DNA of 64,000 nucleotides, from positions 667 to 64,666 of the forward strand of contig JBBQZC010000005.1 of NCBI GenBank assembly GCA_038208115.1. Reading direction: 5' to 3'. A program made the position numbers and the translations under genes. Position 1 is the first letter of the stretch. Every line of letters begins with the position of its first letter. Positions 61,086-64,000 of the stretch are shown here, piece after piece. The notes under the pieces are model-generated. The model was not told where the DNA came from and made no database searches. It saw only the letters and a list, made by a program, of their open reading frames with translations. The stretch comes from Candidatus Moraniibacteriota bacterium. GTDB taxonomy: Bacteria; Patescibacteriota; Minisyncoccia; Moranbacterales; GCA-2747515.

Positions 61086-62252
61086 CTATAGTGGATTTTG
61101 ATGATATAAGATTGATTGTTCGTATACGCGCAATAAATCATTTGCACATACGCTTGCAGTATAATATTTCCGTGCTATCTCATATGCGCTTTCTCCACAT
61201 TTTCTTCTCAACTGCGGATCATCGATCAATCTCTGTATGCTCTGAGAAAAAATGTCCTCCTTTTCTACTGTGACAATACCTGAAATCTCATTCTGGATTA
61301 GATCGCCTACGCCATTTGTTCCTACTGCTACAATTGACTTTCCACAGTACATATTTTCTGTGATAATCGTTCCTTGTGTTTCTGATGTTGACGCATAGAC
61401 AAATATATCACCTGCCATGAGATAATGCTTTACCATTGCTCGATCGATCTTGCCCGTAAATATCACTTGTTGGAGAACATCATAATCGATAAATATTGAC
61501 TTCATTTTTTCTGATAAATCCCCTTCTCCACAACACATAAAAATAACATGCGGATTTTTTGTCAAAATATTTGCAACTGCACGTGCAAGAAAAATCACAT
61601 TTTTTTCCTCAGTTAGACGTGAGACTGTTACTAATACAATTTGATCATCTGTCACATTATATTTATTTCTGATCATTGCCCCGTTTCCATTTGCGAATAA
61701 TTCTTCATCAACACCTGATGGTACAATACTGATGCGATCATGCGTGACGCCTGCTCCACGAATGATGGGGATAATTGACGCAGTCGGAACAATCACATGA
61801 TCACTTTCCATCGCAAAACCGCCCGCATTATGCATTGCCCAACTACCCGCAAGACGATCTGGCACGAATGGTGCATAATGTGCATATCGATCGTAGAGAG
61901 AGTGCCATGTAAAAACCAATGGGACATTTTTTTTCACTGCCCATTTTTGTGCGACTGTTCCAAGAAGATTGGGATGTTGTGCATGGATTACATCAATATG
62001 CAAAGATGAAATGATTTCATCAATTCGCAAAGAGTATGGAATCACAAGAGAAAAATCAATTTTTGTCGGAGTTTTAATCGCAGGATAGCGAAAAATATTT
62101 TGTTCTTTTTTCCGTAATGACCCGCCCCATTGTGGCGCAAAAATATATACTGTATGTCCCCGTTTTTCTAGTGCACGACGAAATCCTTCCACTGATGTGC
62201 TTACACCGTATGGATTTGGCAAATAGTTATTCGTAAATATTGCAATATTCAT
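61086..62252 (-). CDS. Glycosyltransferase family 4, diacylglycerol glucosyltransferase-like
   Basis: FT..Y.P...GVSTS, HAQHP, RL..EKN, STSETQG. Confidence 0.85.
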   Translation of the reverse strand: MNIAIFTNNYLPNPYGVSTSVEGFRRALEKRGHTVYIFAPQWGGSLRKKEQNIFRYPAIKTPTKIDFSLVIPYSLRIDEIISSLHIDVIHAQHPNLLGTVAQKWAVKKNVPLVFTWHSLYDRYAHYAPFVPDRLAGSWAMHNAGGFAMESDHVIVPTASIIPIIRGAGVTHDRISIVPSGVDEELFANGNGAMIRNKYNVTDDQIVLVTVSRLTEEKNVIFLARAVANILTKNPHVIFMCCGEGDLSEKMKSIFIDYDVLQQVIFTGKIDRAMVKHYLMAGDIFVYASTSETQGTIITENMYCGKSIVAVGTNGVGDLIQNEISGIVTVEKEDIFSQSIQRLIDDPQLRRKCGESAYEIARKYYTASVCANDLLRVYEQSILYHQNPL

Positions 62253-62268
62253 TTCCTTATGTATCCTC

Positions 62269-63105
62269 CTAGTTATTTTTTACAAAATGCACTACGGATT
62301 CAAAAACATCTCTGTGTTTTCCATTCCCCATGAAATTATGACTTGCTTTTTTGACAAGTCGCATTTCTTTTTTTTGTGAACCAATTTTTTTAAAAATTTT
62401 TCGAATACTGTCGCGTGACACGAGATGATCATGTTCTGGTTGAATGAGGAATACTGGTTGCGTGATCAATTCTATATTATCGAGTGAATTTTTGATCGTT
62501 GCATATGCTTCAAAAGCGCTACTGATCGGATATCGTTGATAAGAAATAAGCTGCGTGATACTTGGTTGTGCCTGAATGCCACGAGGATAGAATTTTTTCT
62601 TATAAGACACAAATCGCTTAGTGAGATGAGCAGCTACAATACCCAATTTCTCAAACCGCATTTTATATGGTGTACTCATCAAAATAAGACCACTTACAGA
62701 TGGTTCATTTTTAGCTACATGAAGTGCGAGATTTCCGCCCATCGACATTCCTCCAACATACACTTTCTTATATTGTTTCTTCAATCTTTGAAATGCCTTT
62801 TGGACATCTGTTGCCCATTGTTCACACGTCACACATTCGAGATCCTCTGGACGTGAGCCATGCCCTGAAAGCAATGGGGCATCGACTGCAATACCCTCAG
62901 CATTCAGTTGCTCCCCCAAAACACGCATTTCATATGGCGTTGATGTCCATCCATGAATAAGCATAACGCAAACATCGTTATTTTCTCCTTTAAGATGAAA
63001 TGATTTATTAATGAGATGGATATCTTCATGGTATCTCTGCAACATCCCTTCTGGGATTTTTCTCCTATCCGCAATATTATACAGTTTTAACAAATGTTCT
63101 GTCAT
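62269..63105 (-). CDS. Alpha/beta hydrolase, carboxylesterase or monoacylglycerol lipase-like
   Basis: LIHGWTSTP, P.L.GHG, GMSMGG, DHLV, SH. Confidence 0.88.
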   Translation of the reverse strand: MTEHLLKLYNIADRRKIPEGMLQRYHEDIHLINKSFHLKGENNDVCVMLIHGWTSTPYEMRVLGEQLNAEGIAVDAPLLSGHGSRPEDLECVTCEQWATDVQKAFQRLKKQYKKVYVGGMSMGGNLALHVAKNEPSVSGLILMSTPYKMRFEKLGIVAAHLTKRFVSYKKKFYPRGIQAQPSITQLISYQRYPISSAFEAYATIKNSLDNIELITQPVFLIQPEHDHLVSRDSIRKIFKKIGSQKKEMRLVKKASHNFMGNGKHRDVFESVVHFVKNN

Positions 63106-63174
63106 GATAACAATTATCTAATAAATCACTTTCCCTTATTGTACGCATAATATACTATTTATGCAATATATGAA

Positions 63175-63207
63175 AAGTCACTGTTTATATGCAATAAACA
63201 GTGACTT
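63175..63207 (-). terminator. Terminator hairpin after purC
   Basis: aagtcactgtttat-atgca-ataaacagtgactt. Confidence 0.75.
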
Positions 63208-63215
63208 GGACGATT

Positions 63216-64000
63216 TTAGAGAAAATCATCCAGTACAAGACGTGCAAGAGCCTCATGATATTTTTGTGATGTTATCTCAATAACTTCACGAGGCAGATTT
63301 GGTGGTGGATATGTTTTGTTCCAATCTTGTTGACTGAGCCAGCGACGCAAATAGTCTTTGTCAAAACTCGGTGGAGCTTGCCCAAGTACCACTTGATTTG
63401 TTGACCAAAATCTAGATGAATCCGGCGTAAGAACTTCATCAGCCAAAAGCAATGTTCCATCTGGCGATAATACATACTCCAGTTTTGTGTCGGCAATTGT
63501 GATGCCGCACACTTTTGCATATTCCCTGGCAACAACAAAAATCTCTTGTGAAACAAATTTAACTTGTATACATAAAGCAGTCGCATCAATTTCATGAAAA
63601 TGATTCTGCAAAAGCCACTGTTGCATGATTTCAACCATCTTATTGAATGAGATGTTTTCATCATGTTCACCAAACCCAGCTTTTGTTGATGGTGTGAAAA
63701 GCGGTTCCACAAATTTTTCTGATTCCTGCATATCCGCTGGCAATTCAAATCCATGGAGCAATTTATATTGCTTCTTGCAATATGGAGATTCTGTCTTTTG
63801 CTCCAATATTGCTACCTCTTGATACGCCGACCAATACGATCCCGTGAGATTGCCTCGCACAATACATTCAATCGGTAATGGCAACCCCTTTTTAACAAGC
63901 ATACTCCGACCGATTAGATAGTCATGATATGGTGCGCACTCTGACGGGTAATCATCGGGATTGATACTGATCATATGATTACCAACTATATCTCGGGTTT
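63216..64000 (-). CDS. purC: SAICAR synthetase; 5' end outside the window
   Basis: PIECIVRG.L.GS, FTPSTKA..GEHDENI, IADTKLE, DEVLTPDSSRFW, SFDK; frame open to 64000. Confidence 0.95.
   Translation of the reverse strand, partial: TRDIVGNHMISINPDDYPSECAPYHDYLIGRSMLVKKGLPLPIECIVRGNLTGSYWSAYQEVAILEQKTESPYCKKQYKLLHGFELPADMQESEKFVEPLFTPSTKAGFGEHDENISFNKMVEIMQQWLLQNHFHEIDATALCIQVKFVSQEIFVVAREYAKVCGITIADTKLEYVLSPDGTLLLADEVLTPDSSRFWSTNQVVLGQAPPSFDKDYLRRWLSQQDWNKTYPPPNLPREVIEITSQKYHEALARLVLDDFL

Overview
AT-rich bacterial chromosome segment, code 11, mostly minus-strand genes. Content points to Patescibacteria/CPR, probably Parcubacteria (inference from no rpmD/L30 between rpsE and rplO, short HrcA, split ComEC, long Ndk). 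Layout: (1) 1-6.4 kb, a repeated cell-surface locus of WxL/pilin-like secreted subunits, FN3-containing adhesin-like paralogs and membrane-anchored DUF916/chaperone-like proteins; (2) 6.5-21 kb, housekeeping, isoprenoid and DNA-repair genes (ispH, mutY, mltG, uppS, polyprenyl synthase, alkD, UvrD-nuclease); (3) hrcA-(Nudix-grpE)-hsp20-dnaK with a perfect CIRCE; (4) corA-like, cysS, acpP, ferredoxin, U32 protein; (5) tuf-rpsJ and rplC to rplO; (6) ndk, comEC, nrdR, a decapeptide-repeat surface protein, a csoR copper operon, mnmA, dus, a DksA/TraR-like gene, recG, GT4, an esterase and partial purC. I saw no rRNA, tRNA, CRISPR array or transposase. Best candidates for something new: the putative usher-less chaperone/pilin-like fibre locus (1-6378); an unannotated trp-like attenuator with a leaderless Asn-rich leader peptide upstream of a 59-aa ORF (55314-55692); and a Nudix-GrpE fusion. 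All family calls come from motif recognition by eye; no searches or folding were run.
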